64,000 nt of DNA from Phyllobates terribilis (lineage: Eukaryota). How positions within the stretch are numbered: the stretch's first letter is position 1; each line of letters opens with the position of its first letter. The notes beneath the pieces were generated by a model. It saw nothing but the letters and a program-made list of their open reading frames with translations. It searched no databases and was not told the origin of the DNA. The DNA is taken from NCBI RefSeq assembly GCF_046119375.1, contig NW_027362762.1, positions 147,498,001-147,562,000 on the forward strand. Direction: 5' to 3'. Positions 1 to 12,819 of this stretch are shown in pieces. The translations under genes were made by a program, and so were the position numbers.

Positions 1-999
1 GGGGCCCCCATTCAATGAACAGGCTGCACGGGCGGTAGGTCCGCCCCTGATGTCCACCCCTGCACAAAGCAGTGTGACTAATGTAAAAGACTGGAACGAT
101 ACTAATAAAGGGTAAATGATAACAGAACTGTTAGTTTGTGGATACTAGTCACACCGACCTCCAGAATAAAAATCCTAATGTTGTCCAGCTGCTTTTTAGA
201 GGGTACTTCAATGGATCACTTTCTGATTTGAGAATTGTAATTGCTATTAAGAATTTGTTTAGCCGGATTTCATCCCCAAGCTATGCATGTGCATCATTCA
301 CAGAAAAGTCCAGCAATACTTTGCATTTCTCAGGAACAGACTGACTATGTAGTGTTTGAATATATATGCAAAGTGCTTTAGTCGGGGGCAATCTCTCCTC
401 AAGCCTCTTGTCACTTAGTTGCAAACAAGTAGAAGATGATGAGTTTACCACTTTGTTGTAAAATCAAATCCTGGAACCACATCAGTGGGTGCTGAATCCT
501 GCTGGTGATCAGCAAACTATGAAATATATATTTTTTTTAAGCAAAACTATTAGTAATATCATTAAAAATGTATTAGTAATTCATTAAACAGCATTCTACA
601 TGAATAGAGAACTGAGATCACCTTGAGCTCTATTACCTGTCCGGTGATGCTTTCTCCTGCCTGACAGCTTATGTGCCGTGGTGTTGGGGCGAGGCTCTAG
701 CTGCGTTTTAAGATCGTTCTTTAAGCATGCCTAAATAATAAGGTGCTAGTTGCACCCTTGGTATGGCTGGGTAGTTCGGTGCACTTTTCCCACCTACTTG
801 TTTTTCATTTACTCTCCTCTGGCTCCTGTAAAACCAGTAATGTCAATCAAGGAAGAGGAGATTGTAAACAGCCCACATAAAGCATGTTTGTTTTTTGTTT
901 TTTTACACAAGCTTTTAGTTCAAAGTAGCCTAACAAAGGCATATTGTTTGTTTTTGGCAAAGTAGTAATTTGGTAAAGTAGCTGACGGTGCCCTTTTAA

Positions 1000-1332
1000 A
1001 GGGAATGTGTCCACCCCCCTGGGCGATATCAGACCTCTCCTATGGACATGCAGGTGATAGAAAAGTAAATCTATACTTACCTGTATGGCCATAGTAGGGG
1101 TCTGATTGCAGAGAAATCTGGTTTTATAAAGTCTACTTTCCAGAGGCTTGGCGTCCGTGCGAGGCCAAGCAAACCCCTCCAATCTGCTTACTATTCCCCT
1201 ATATCGCCGCCTCTGTGCTAAATTACCATATCCCCTCCCCTGCACGGCACAGGGTCCTGTGACTGCCCTGTGACAGGCCCTGCTCTGCCTACCCTGTATG
1301 GCCATAGTAGAGGTCTGATATAGAGATTCCCT
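1000..1332. mobile_element. TTAA-type (T2/Kolobok-like) MITE
   Basis: TTAA+AGGGAATGTGTC left end; subterminal inverted repeat ATATCAGACCTCTCCTATGGACATGCAGG / CCTGTATGGCCATAGTAGAGGTCTGATAT; right end ATTCCCT. Confidence 0.55.
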
Positions 1333-1609
1333 TCAACCTCCACCCACAGCGGGCCAATGGTTGAACAGCTGTGTAACAAAGTCATGGGTTTTTAGCCCAA
1401 AAGGGAAGACTTTCAGATTGTTGTAACTTATTCTTAGCATAGTGCCCAAAGGCCTGATCATAATGGTTTGCTTAATGAAGTGACTGATTTGGAATCAGAG
1501 TAACTATCCAAGATGCTTCATTAAGAGAGTACACTGAAGGAAATGTGCACATGATGTCTTAAAATCGTGATCTTCTAGAAGGACAGGTAAGGGTCTCACT
1601 AAATGCTGA

Positions 1610-2689
1610 TATGGCGGCCTGCTGTGCACTGGTGCCACAGAACCCAGAAGGGTGCATGGATGTACTTCTCCACAAGAGGCCCTCACACATTCACACACCT
1701 CCACCCTACCACCTCAGACCAGCAGAGGGAGCCCGTTAGAGATATATAAACGGAGGGTGGAGCCAGGCAGCTCAGTCAGAAGTTAGTTAGTCTCTCAGAC
1801 ACAGAGAGGGACAGAGCTCAGAGTTGAGCAGAGAGCGTGCTGACGCTCAGAGAGCAGCGAAGAGGCAGCAAGCTGGCTGCTGTGCTTAGGCAAGCCAAGG
1901 CCTACAGCACGTGTGAGGGCCCTGAGTGTGGCCGAAGGCGAGAGGAGAAGGAAGAAGTAGCGAGGGGGCAGAGGAGCATACCAGGCTCACCCCGATATAT
2001 ATACCGGACACCGGGTCCGCACCTACGGGGACCCTTTATACCCAGTAGGGACCACCGGAACCCCTGGAGGACTACAGGTCCCAGGTTCACCAAATGCTGG
2101 GCTAGGAGTTACGGAGGCCCCAGCGACCAGGGAGAGTGATCTCCAAGAAAAGTCCCTACCACCAAGTCAGCAGGTGCAAAGAGAGACAGTAACCAAGCTA
2201 GGCCTAGCTCCAGGCAGGTCAGAAGCTTAGCGAGTAAAGCCACGGATCAGGAGTCCTATACCCGCTCACTGGGGAGAGTCCAAAAGTGCACCCTTCGTCC
2301 GGAGTACCCTGAACCGTGCCTGCACTATCACCAGTAAAGGTAGTGAAGCTTACCCCCGTGTGAGTGTCCGTCTTTCCTCCGGGACCGTCCTGCCGTCTCT
2401 CCCCTGCATCCACCAACTACCCCTACACTGCCATGCGGCTAGCTCTACCTGTGGAGAGACATACTATCCTTGCTGCCGTTACACCGGCTCCAGAGGACTG
2501 CTCCGCAGCGGCGGCACCCTTTTGCCGCATTCCACAGGTGGCGTCACAAACTTTCCAAATCCCCTATATATAATTTCCCCTTTATACTGACCGCCCTGGG
2601 TCACGGACCGGGCCAGCCACCGTGATATCCCCCACCGGCATACGCAGAGGCCTGGCTGCCGAGGACCCCACGGCCCAGGGGTCGCGTCA
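1610..2689 (+). mobile_element. Solo LTR (1080 bp) of the tRNA-Ser-primed Gypsy element
   Basis: 4-bp TSD CTGA (1606-1609, 2690-2693); start TATGGCGGCC matches the PPT-preceded LTR start TGTGGCGCCC at 51344; end GCGTCA corresponds to the LTR end before the PBS at 39813. Confidence 0.9.
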
Positions 2690-2705
2690 CTGACAGTCGG
2701 CTTAA

Positions 2706-3040
2706 AGGGAACCTGTCACCAGGTTTTTACCATGAGGCAAGACCACCACCTTTCAGGCCTGATATACAGCATTTTTTAATGCTGTATATATGCCCCCAAC
2801 CCGGCCTACAAGACAATGTTTTATTATACTCGCCTGTGGGGCGGTCTGGTTCAAGGGGTGACGCTAGTCTTTTTCCGGCGCCTACCTTCCTTTGATGCCA
2901 TCCTTTTTGCTTCGTGTGGATGACGCGTCCCTATGTCATCCAGTCTCCCCCCGGCATTGCACTCCTGCGCAGGCGAACTTCTCTGCCTTGTCGGGGGCAG
3001 AGCAAAGTACTGCAGTACACATGCCCCAGGAAAGGTCAGG
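2706..3040. mobile_element. Truncated TTAA-type MITE (left end only)
   Basis: TTAA+AGGGAACCTGTCACC terminus; no matching right terminus found. Confidence 0.4.
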
Positions 3041-5548
3041 TTAAGTGTCATCAGTGTTTGGTCAGTGTCACTTTTCACCATCAGTTTCACATGATAAATG
3101 AATGACATGGCTTCTATGTGTTGCAATGTTAATCATGGACAACACACAGTGTACAGTACACTAATATCATGCGTGTGCTGTGATTCTCACAGACCCATAC
3201 ACTTGTACTTTTCCTCTATGAAGCCAGTTAAAAAACAAAAGCACATCACTGATTTTTGCATGGACACAGTCTGCAAAACACAGACATGTGAACAGCTCCA
3301 TAAACTATAATTCATATGTATTTTATCCATGAAACTCACAGAACAGAGGGATCTGAATGAGGCCTAAAGGATAGTATACTGAAGGTTTATGTCATAACCA
3401 GAGACTGGTTTTAATTGGATTTCTACTGTTCTTTGTGCATTATCAGATACCAGATTTAAGAAACTTCACTGTAATATGGAAGGCAATGTGTAAAAAAATA
3501 CTTCTTTCTGTATATTTTTTTCTATCGAGTACTTCTCAAAGTATCAATATCACAATATTCTTATATAAAAATATATTGATTTATTCTTGGATTGTCCATT
3601 AAAAAGAATTATTGCAGAAGGTACAAAAAATTATTAGTTACAAAGTGATTGTCCATTTGTCCATAATTAGCTTAATAGTTGAGATTCACCCATCTTTTCC
3701 TGGGATCCTGGCTGGTAGATTGCGTTTGTCTGTGTGCAGCATGTGTGTCAAGATGACACCATGTGTCCGTTGGGCCTACATCAGCAGCTGGTTTACACAC
3801 AGGCCCTCGTCCTGTGGAATGGCAAGAGACCCCCCAGTCTCTAACATTGGCTTTTATAGCACCTGTCATTCCGCCTATGGTAGTGAACTAAAAATACACA
3901 CACAAATAGCGCATGTCATCTAGAAACGATGGCTGATGCAATCTGTATGGTACAGAATAAAGAATAAAATGAATATCCATAATTAATATTTAACACAATG
4001 AAATGAACATCAAAATCAGGTTTGTCAACAATTTTTTTTAATTTCCTATATTCATTCCTATTACAAAACTTCTGTCCTGTCATAAATGTTCTATTGTACC
4101 AACACTGCCCTCAAAAGTGCCGTCAGGATTTGCCTTCTTGGTAAAGTCTCTGTCCCTGCAAACTTGGAGATCTCCAGCATTACTCCATGCAGCCATGAGG
4201 AACTTCTCTCTTTACTCCTTGGGTTTCCGTTGTCCTAGCAGGAAGTGGGCGACGTTCTCGTACATTACAAGGGTGGTACAGCAGGCGGGGTCACAAGGAG
4301 GATGTTGGGGACAATTCTCTCATAGAAGCTGTGTAAAACATTTTTTTTCCTTTTAAGAAAGAAGAAACACAACTATTAACTCTTGTTTTCATCTACCACT
4401 AGGTCGGTGATAATTTGGTGGGGTGAGGGGGGGTGCACAAGTTTGGGTAAATACCTATTTCTCAGAAGTTGTAAGGGAATATATCTTTCTAGGCTTTATC
4501 TTGAGTCCATTTTCCTTGTCGCTAATTCTCAGCCACCGAGCCTGGAAAAAATAAAGTTTTAACAAATATAACAAACTTTTAAATTGGTTTTTGAAATTAA
4601 AATCTATAGGCGGCCAGCGCAGTGCACTACATTCGTTTGTGGGACAGAACATGTCGTTAAAGGGTCTTTCTCATCAGTGCATTCCCAGTCCATATGCTTT
4701 ATTAGAGCAGATGTCAGCAGATAATGGACAACCCCCCCACAGGAATCCCTCCTACCATTTAAGTCATGACTACGTACCATTGCAAACAGCTGAAGAAATC
4801 TGAGGCGGACTATATACAAGAAGAGTTTTCTCATACTTTTATGCCATATCCCTAGAAGATTCCATAAGTGTCTGATAGGCGCAGATCCCAGATTTGAGAC
4901 CCGCATCTGTCTCCAGACCTGGGGAACTATGAATAGAGAGATAGCAATTCTGTTTTGTGGAGGTTCCAAAAACTATCCGACGACTCGGCCTTGTGTTCGG
5001 TTATTTTTATAGACCTCGACTAGAGTGGCAGGGTACATACGAAACCAGTGCTCCATCCAATTCCTCTTGAAGCTTTTATGTGGCGGATTCAAGACCCCTG
5101 TGCTATTGATTGGAGGGTGTCTACATGGTTGAACACCCATACTAGTCTAATGTGTTTGAGATGGACAATCCTCTTAAGGAAAGTTCAGAGGAGAATACCT
5201 ACTACAAAACAGCTGGTTGGGTCGGATGTGGTTTTTTGCGCCACTTGGTTTGTTGTCTCATAAGATTATGTTTAAAGTTCTTTATGGTTTGTTCATGTTG
5301 AGGCTTTGTGACTTTCGTCTGTACCGTACTGTTCCTTTATCATTTCTTTAGAAAAACATTCCATGCTGTTTGATGCAGAACTGGTGCTACTCCTCTTCAT
5401 GTTAAGGCATCATTCTACCAATGTGATCGCTGGTCTGATATAACTCGGGATCATTGTTAGGATGCAGGATTTATTTCAGTTAGCTCTCTACTGGGGTCCT
5501 ACTAGTGCAGGCATTGAGAACGAAGTACAAAATCAGCAGGCAAATGAG

Positions 5549-5733
5549 TAGTCAGAAACAAGCAGAGGTCAGGGCAGGCGGCAGTGTAAAAACATAGTCA
5601 GAAACAAGCAGAGGTCAGGACAGGCGACAATGCAAAAACATAGTCGGAAACAAGCAGAGGTCAGGGCAGGCGGCAGTACAAAAACATAGTCGGAAACAAG
5701 CAGAGGTAACGGCAGGCGGCAGTGAAAAAACAT
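5549..5733. repeat. 46-bp tandem repeat (4 units)
   Basis: TAGTC(A/G)GAAACAAGCAGAGG recurs at 5549, 5595, 5641, 5687; one unit fewer in copy 3. Confidence 0.9.
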
Positions 5734-5754
5734 AATCCATTGAGCAAGCCATAG

Positions 5755-6489
5755 TCAAAACCAGTAAATCTGTCTGAGAAGCAGCTGTGCAGAAGATGTT
5801 ATGGGCACGCTGCAAACAACTTGCCACTGCATTTTCTCCTGGTTAGATATTGTGTCATGGAATCCTCTTCTCAGGAGAATGACATCCCTGATATTTGGAA
5901 GTTGGTCCTTCTCTCTCATGTAGAGCCAGCATACTTCATGTGGGCTCAGCATGGCTTGCAAGTTCTTTCTAGCAGCATTGCTGACTGGCATGTATGGTAT
6001 AGGATTGTAGACTTGTTTAGCAGTCACCTTAATACGCGGTGGATAGGAGTAAGGCATACTGCGGACTTTAGGTGTTTGAGAGGAAGTTGGCATCTTCCAG
6101 GTAGATGGGCTCCCGGGCAACGGGGCTGTTGTCTGTACCTCACCTATTATTTTGGTGGGTTCCTGATGTTTCTTTATATCCACTGGCTCTGCGCTGATGT
6201 TTGCTGCAGGTTGTGGTGGTGGACTTTTCAGTCTCATGTATCGGCCCGTTTTGGGTGATGGACGATATGGTGGTGGACTTTTCAGTCTCAAATATCGGCC
6301 AGTTGTTTGTTTTGGTGACCCAAACAGGCATTTAATAAATAGCACGATATGATCAAGTGCTGCCATCAGATATCCAGTAAAGCCAGTTTGCCTTTGGTGG
6401 TGTTCAGGCTTCTGGCTGTATGAGGATGTCCTGGCATGTGGGAGATATCTCCGTGCTTGGATCTTTCCACCAGCTACTGGGGCAGCCAT
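5755..6489 (-). CDS. Orphan Pro/Lys/Ser-rich ORF (244 aa from MAAPVAGG), coding status unproven
   Basis: Longest non-TE, non-satellite ORF; also open in copy 3 (57315-57995). No recognisable domain. Confidence 0.3.
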   Translation of the reverse strand: MAAPVAGGKIQARRYLPHARTSSYSQKPEHHQRQTGFTGYLMAALDHIVLFIKCLFGSPKQTTGRYLRLKSPPPYRPSPKTGRYMRLKSPPPQPAANISAEPVDIKKHQEPTKIIGEVQTTAPLPGSPSTWKMPTSSQTPKVRSMPYSYPPRIKVTAKQVYNPIPYMPVSNAARKNLQAMLSPHEVCWLYMREKDQLPNIRDVILLRRGFHDTISNQEKMQWQVVCSVPITSSAQLLLRQIYWF

Positions 6490-8040
6490 TAGGCTGCCTC
6501 CCCCTCCACACACACAAAAGTGTGCGTGGATGGTAGAAAACACTCCCAAAAAAGAAATTAAGTAAAAAAAACACAAAAATATGATACAATTCGCTCTGGA
6601 TTAGTGTTCAGCTCTCCTCTCTACCTCTGCTTGCCTCGCACTGACCGTTCTTGCTGAACATTCCATGACTCGTGGACAATGGAACTGTGATGTCATAAAG
6701 CCGAACATGGCAACGGGGCTAGTATAGGAAAAATAGTTATGTTATCCATGGCAGATAATCCAATATCAGCTCTCACTGCACGGATAGGGGTTAGCTACAT
6801 TGGGATGAAATATATATAAATTTACTAGAGCACAAGTCTAAAGAAGTAGTAATAATAATAATATTAGCAAATACCTCCAATTAGAAATGTAATATAGTAT
6901 TTTTCATTCGCTAGGTCTCTTACCCCATGTGCAGGCATTGCAGGACCTTAGGTATCCATGGTTACGACAACTAGCAACTAGCTAACTAACTGTGACTTTA
7001 TCAGTGGACATCACCATGGATGCCTAAGGTCCTGCGATGCCTGCACATGTGGAAAGAGACATAGTGAATCAAAAATACTATACTACATTTCTAATTAGAG
7101 ATATTTGCTAATATTACTATTATTACACCTACTACATATTGGGATAGGATCTTGGAAATAGGAATACCCCTTTAATATTTTCAAACATGTATACTTATTA
7201 GCCTCGTATGTGAGCCAATGGGATCTACAGTGGATTGCAAAAGTATTAACCTCCTTAGTGAAGCAAACAACCAATAAGACAAAATAACGGAAAACTTCAG
7301 TGTGCATAACTATTCACCCTCCTAAAGTCAATACTTTGTAGCGCATCCTTTTGCAGAAATTACAGCTGCAAGTCGCTTTGGATAAGTCTCTATGAGCTTT
7401 CCACATCTTGCCACTGAAATTTTTTCCATTCCTCAAGGCAAAACTGCTCCAGCTCCTTCAAGTTAGATGATTTCCTCTGGTGAACAACAATCTTTAAATC
7501 TAACCACAAATTCTCAATTGGATTAAGGTCTGGGCTTTGACTAGGCCACTCTAAAACATACCTGTGTCCCCTTAAAGCACTGAAGTGTTGCAAATAGCAG
7601 TATGCTTTGGTTTATTGTCTTATTGGAAGGTGAACCTCCATCCCAGTCTCAAATCACTGACATACTGAAACAGTTTTTGCTCAAGAATATCCCTGTATTT
7701 CGAACCAGTCATCTTCACCACAACTTGGACCATTTTCCCTGTCCCTCCTGCTGAAAAACATCCCCACAGCATGATGCTGCCACCACCATGTTACACTGTT
7801 GGGATGGTGTTTTTGGGGTGATGAGCTTTGTTGGTTTGGTGCCAGACATGGCATTTACCTTGGTGGCCAAAAAGTTCAATCTTGTCTCATCTGACCACAG
7901 CACCTTCCTCCATACATTTGGGGAGTCTCCCATATGTCTTTTGGCAAACTCAAAACAAGCCTTACATTTTTTTCTGTAAGTAAAGGCTTTTTTTCTGCCC
8001 ACTCTTCCATAAAGTCCACCTCTGTGGAGTGTACGGCTTA

Positions 8041-8186
8041 GGCCAGTTGAGGAACAATCAGAGAAAAGGTATAATAGAAACAAGTGCACCAATTCTGCAT
8101 TTATCCCCCACTCCTGGTTTTGGCTCCCACTCCTGAGAAAAAATACTGACCAAATACTGATAGTGGGGTCGTGGCCTTATTGTGGT
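8041..8186. mobile_element. Small PIF/Harbinger-like MITE fragment in the Tc1 element
   Basis: TTA on both sides (GGCTTA|GGCC...GGCC|TTATTG); related sequence inverted at about 9925-10080. Confidence 0.55.
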
Positions 8187-8511
8187 CGTATAGACTGATA
8201 CTCCAGTCTCTGCTTGGGAACTCTGCAGCTCCTTCAGGGTTACTTTGGTCTCTGTGCTGCCTCTCTGATTAATGGCCTCCTTGGCCGGGCTGAGAGTTTA
8301 GATGGGCGTCCCTCTCTTGGCAGGTTTGTTGTGGTACCATATTCTTTCCATTTGATAATGGATTTGATTGTGCTCTGGATGATCATCAGAGATTGGGATA
8401 TTTTTTATAACCCAACCCTGACTTGTACTTCTCAACAACTTTGCCCCTGACTTGTTTGGAGATCTCCTTGGTCTTCATGGTGTTTTTTGGTTAGTGGTAC
8501 CTCTTGCTTTA

Positions 8512-8876
8512 GGCTATGTGCCCACGATGCAGAATTGAAGCGGAAAATTTCCGCAGCGTTTCTGCATGTCCTTGCCAGTAAAAACACATGTGGATTTTAC
8601 ACGCGTTTTTGCAGCGTTTTTACATGTGGATTTGACATGCGATTTTCAAATGCATTGTGAAGTCAAATCTGCATGCGGAAACGCACAAATAATGGACATG
8701 CTGCTGATTTTTCCGCAATGATAATCCGCAGTGGAAATTTCCGCAACATGTGCATAGCACATGCGGTTTATCATTGGGGACCATGGGGCACAGATTACCA
8801 GGTGATTTTTTAAGCATTTCCGCTGCGGAAATTCCGCATCAAAAACACTTGAATAACGCATAGTGGGCACGCAGCC
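8512..8876. mobile_element. PIF/Harbinger-like MITE
   Basis: Inverted termini GGCTATGTGCCCAC / GTGGGCACGCAGCC flanked by TTA/TAA. Confidence 0.65.
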
Positions 8877-9654
8877 TAATGGTGTTGCAGGCTCTGCTCT
8901 GTGGCCTTTCAGAAAAGGTAAAGTGTATATACTGACAGACCATGAGACACTTAGACTGCACACAGGTGGACTTCCTTTTACTAAGCATGTGACTTGTGAA
9001 GATAATTGCTTGCACCAGGAATTTTTATAGGCTTTATAGGAAAAGGGGTGAATACTTGTGCACATAACAATTTTTAGTTCTTATCCCATAAATTAAATTT
9101 TTGCCTATATTCTTCTCAATTAACTTCACCAATTTAGACTATTTAGTGCTGATGCATCACACTCAAATTTAATTACAAAAATATTTAACACAGGTTGTAA
9201 TGAATACTTTCACAAACCATTGTATATATTGTCAGCTCCTTCCAGGAATGTCACTTCCCGGGAACAAGGATGGCCCATGATGCACACTGTTCAGACCATT
9301 GCGGTCTTCTGGATTATTTCATCTAGTTTTAGAATAAATATTGTATTTTGACCTGAACCAATAAATGGAAAATCTGTTTTAATATGTCTGCAATTCCAAA
9401 GTAACCATTGGAACATGTTCACACAGCATTTTGAATGCATTTTTAGGATTTCCTTAGAAGATTATAATAGAAAAAAAAAGTTTCAAAAGGTGCACAATTC
9501 TGCAGCATCTTTAAATGCACTTTGGACATGAGTAAAATCATATTCACTTTTTCTTAAACTGTTTGAGTAGAAAAACGCTGTGGGAAAAAATGCAGCACTT
9601 AGGAAAATGGCCTTGTATAGGCTTGTTTCCTCTGTTCGTCATGAAAATTGTATT

Positions 9655-9750
9655 TATAATAATAATCTTTAATTAATCTTATATAGCGCTATCATATTCC
9701 GCAGCGCTTTACATACATAATTATTATTGCTAATCTAAATTCCCTATCAG
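9655..9750 (-). mobile_element. 3' half of a V-SINE-like SINE split by the 9751-26360 insertion
   Basis: (AAT)n tail and ATATAGCGCT...ATTCC(C)GCAGCGCTTTACATACAT match the intact SINE at 12538-12817; continues at 26361. Confidence 0.85.
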
Positions 9751-11114
9751 CAGCGTCGGACTGGAGTACCTTGGGCCCACCAGAGAAAAATAATTCTTGG
9801 GGCCCACCATGCAGTATATATTCACGGGGCACATCCCCTTAGAGGTGTATCCAGGTCTTCTAGCACCCGGGGCAAAAATTCAGTTTTGCGCCCCCCCCCC
9901 AGCACATATGCGATTTGCACACTAAGGCCACGGCCCCACTATCAGTGTTCGGTCAGTATTTTTTCTCAGGAGTGGGAGCCAAAACCAGGAGTGGGTGATA
10001 AATGCAGAATTGGTGACTTGTTTCTATTATACCTTTTTTATACCACTTCAGAGAAAAATTACTGACTGAACATTGATAGTTGGGAGGATATTACACGCTG
10101 TCAGGATTGGCTACAAGGCTTTACTTTTATAATTAATGCGCTCGTCCAGGTTTCACATGAAAGTCTGCAGTCACTGTGTGTGACTGCAGGCTTCTGAATT
10201 CTCACAGCGCATGCACTGCACACTTTTAGGATTCTCCCTTGCCGTGGAAACAGTGGACAGTCATGTGAGCACAAGTATGTGATTTGTACACTTCTGGCCA
10301 CATTCCAACTAGACATGTCCGGCCTCCCCCAATTCATTTTCATTGAGTGAGGCCACACATGTCTAGTCGGCACGTGACTGGATGTATGCAAATCGCCGGC
10401 ATGAGAGAATCCTGATAGCGTGCAGTGCACACTGTGAGAGTTCAGAAGTCTGCAGTCACATAGAATGACTGCAGACTCATCATAAACGTGGACATCTTTA
10501 ATGCTCCTAACATAAATAAAAATAAAAAAATGTCAGCATCATAAAAAACATTTACCTCCAGGTACCTGATAGAGAACGACTCCAGAGACAGCGTCATCTT
10601 TCTTTTCTTCCTCTTGTCCAGACGCCATGATGACTTTTCTCATCGACAGCTCGTGTCTGCAGACTTCCGTCTTCTCCGGGCTTCTGCAGCACATCCCAAC
10701 ATGATGCCCTGAAAGATAGCAGTGTCATTATAATGCTCCTGAATACAAATATCTGCCCTACGCTGAGCCCATGAATAAATAATTGCCCCTCACTATATTC
10801 CCTGCACAAAATATGACCCACACACTGTCCCTCTTATGGTACCTGCTCTCCACACTGCCCTCTTCTTTCCATACTTGGCCCCCTCTTCACACTGTCCTCA
10901 CACTGTGTCCCCCCTATAGGGCCCAGTCTCTATACTGTGCCCCCTCATCACATTCCCCCTCCTTAGCATACTGTTCCCCTCCTGACTGTGACCTTACACT
11001 GTACCCCTATGCCATCGCCCACCCACTACTCAGTCTCTATTCTGTGCCCACTCACACTGTCTCCTCACACTATTCCCCTCAATAGTCTCCTTACACGCCC
11101 CCTCCTAGATACGC

Positions 11115-11409
11115 CCCTGCATCCTCTATATACTACACCGCACTTGACCCATCCTCTATATACTACACCACACAGGACCCATCCTCTATTTACTACACCG
11201 CATGGGACCCATCCTCTATATACTACACCACACATCCTCTATATACTACACCGCAGGGGACCCATCCTCTATATACTACACCGCAGGGGACCCATCCTCT
11301 ATATACTACACCGCATGGGACCCATCCTCAATATACTACACCGCACGGGACCCATCCTCTATATACTACACCACACATCCTCTATATACTACACCGCACG
11401 GGACCCATC
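11115..11409. repeat. 30-bp (and 21-bp variant) minisatellite CCCATCCTCTATATACTACACCGCATGGGA, resuming at 15221-15500
   Basis: Direct tandem units on both sides of the 11410-15220 insertion. Confidence 0.9.
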
Positions 11410-11597
11410 CATGGGCGTACCCAGGATCAAAACTAGGGGGGGGCAAGCCATGGTCGTTCAGGTTGTAAAATTTTAAAACGAAAAAGGTGAACGAAATTAA
11501 AATTTTATGAAAATTATATGTAATTATAGAAGTGCTTTATTAGTTATTACAATTATTTGCTTGCAAAAAATTTTGATTTTTATTCTAATTACATGTC

Positions 11598-11910
11598 TTA
11601 TACTAATATCATTTTTCTTGGGTTTGAAGAAAACTTTTTCAAAACTTTAGTTTCAATCCAGTCCTGATTTTCCTTGAAGAATTTCCGATGGACGCTCATC
11701 AAACACAATCCAGTCAGTCTGTCCTCTCCCATTGTACTTCTGAGCCAGGTCTTTACCCTTCGAAGGGTACTGAAAGATCTTTCAACAATAGCTGTGGTGG
11801 ACGGGAAGGCACTTAAAATGAAGAGTGCGTGCCTTGTTGCAGGGAAAAAAATATTAGCCTCCTCAAAAAGTGCAGCCACTTCAATGTCTTTAACCATCTG
11901 TCCTTTCTCC
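11598..11910 (-). pseudogene. hAT transposase C-terminal dimerisation-domain remnant
   Basis: FPATRHALFILSAFPSTTAIVERSFSTLRRVKTWLRSTMGEDRLTGLCLMSVH fits the hATC motif (ERSFS..KT.LRSTM...RL..L). Confidence 0.85.
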
Positions 11911-12537
11911 AGGTCCGGACCGGTTCCTACTCCCAAGGCCCAGGCCCTTCCAAATTTCAATAATTACACAGTGAGTGAGTGTATTGTGTAATTTACACTG
12001 GCTGGCTGCCACAGTCACTGGCAGCCGGCCCACAGTAACAGGACAAGTGCTCCACTCCGGCGGGATTCTCAGAGACAGGAAACAGGGGAGGCCGGCAGCG
12101 TGCTACGTCAGCACGCCTCAGGAGTCAGGACCCTGATCAGGTGACATGCGGTGTGCTGTGTCACTCAGCGTGGGTTAAAGGTAATCCCGGCCGGACCCCA
12201 TGCAGTGACACTGCGCAGTTCCGGCCGCCGGGTGCAGAGCAGGGCAGTCACCTGCGGCCGGCCGCAGAGGGAACTTTCGCTGGCCGCGACCGCCAGTGTT
12301 CTAAGTGTGTGTGTGGCAGGGCCGTCTCCAGGTTTTTGTGGGCCCCAGGCGAAAGAGTGTCAGTGGGCCCCTTTAATACATACCACGATTCATGATGCAC
12401 AGATACCGAAGAGAAATATATATATATATAGTACAATGCAAATATTTCACTTCTTACATTCATGAGTGATATCTATTGTAAATTCCACAATAGCTCAGAA
12501 ACCAGCGAATCACTCCACACAGTATACTGGCACCCAT

Positions 12538-12817
12538 AAAATAATAATAATAATAATAATCTTTATTTTTATATAGCGCTAACATATTCCCCAGCGCTTT
12601 ACATACATTATCGTTGCTGTCCCCATCGGGGCTCACAATCTAGATTTCCTATCAGTATGTCTTTGGAGTGTGGGAGGAAACCGGAGAACCTGGAGGAGAC
12701 CCACGCAAACACAGGGAGAACATACAAACTCCTTGCAGATGTTGTCCTTGGTGGGATTTGAACCCAGGATCCCAGTGCTGCAAGGCTGCAGTGCTAACCA
12801 CTGCGCCACCGTGCCAC
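12538..12817 (-). mobile_element. tRNA-derived V-SINE-like SINE, complete
   Basis: Minus strand: GGTGGCGCAGTGGTTAGCAC (A box), GGGTTCAAATCCC (B box), central GTTTGCGTGGGTCTCCTCCAGGTTCTCCGGTTTCCTCCCACA domain, (TTA)n tail. Confidence 0.9.
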
Positions 12818-12819
12818 TC

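Larger units (their letters stand above)
7228..9222 (-). mobile_element. Decayed Tc1-family DNA transposon with nested MITEs
   Basis: TA-flanked ends CAGTGGATTGCAAAAGTATT...GAATACTTTCACAAACCATTG; frameshifted transposase motifs [37 protein letters not shown]. Confidence 0.9.
1..9381 (+). repeat. Segmental duplication copy 1 (block A - solo LTR - block B); probably continues upstream of the window
   Basis: Sequence from base 1 recurs at 37107 (offset 37106) and 51721 (offset 51720); matching ORFs at 138/37244/51858 and 750/37856/52472. Homology with copy 3 ends at GAAAATCTGTTTTA (9381 = 62013). Confidence 0.95.

Noticed and set aside
138-530. Three-copy 68-aa ORF and a possible minus-strand splice acceptor near 510
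   Set aside because: Non-ATG start, no recognisable domain, stops in all minus frames; conservation is explained by recent duplication.
4640-4680. CTGATGA on the minus strand (also near 32650 and 36660)
   Set aside because: No stem II followed by GAAA-stem III-UH; chance matches.
10566-10708. Exon-like segment with TTTCAG acceptor and GT donor on the minus strand
   Set aside because: It lies inside the TSD-bounded 9751-26360 element, with no partner exons or recognisable product.
12745-12817. tRNA gene
   Set aside because: The A/B boxes run into a SINE body and (TTA)n tail; it is a SINE head.
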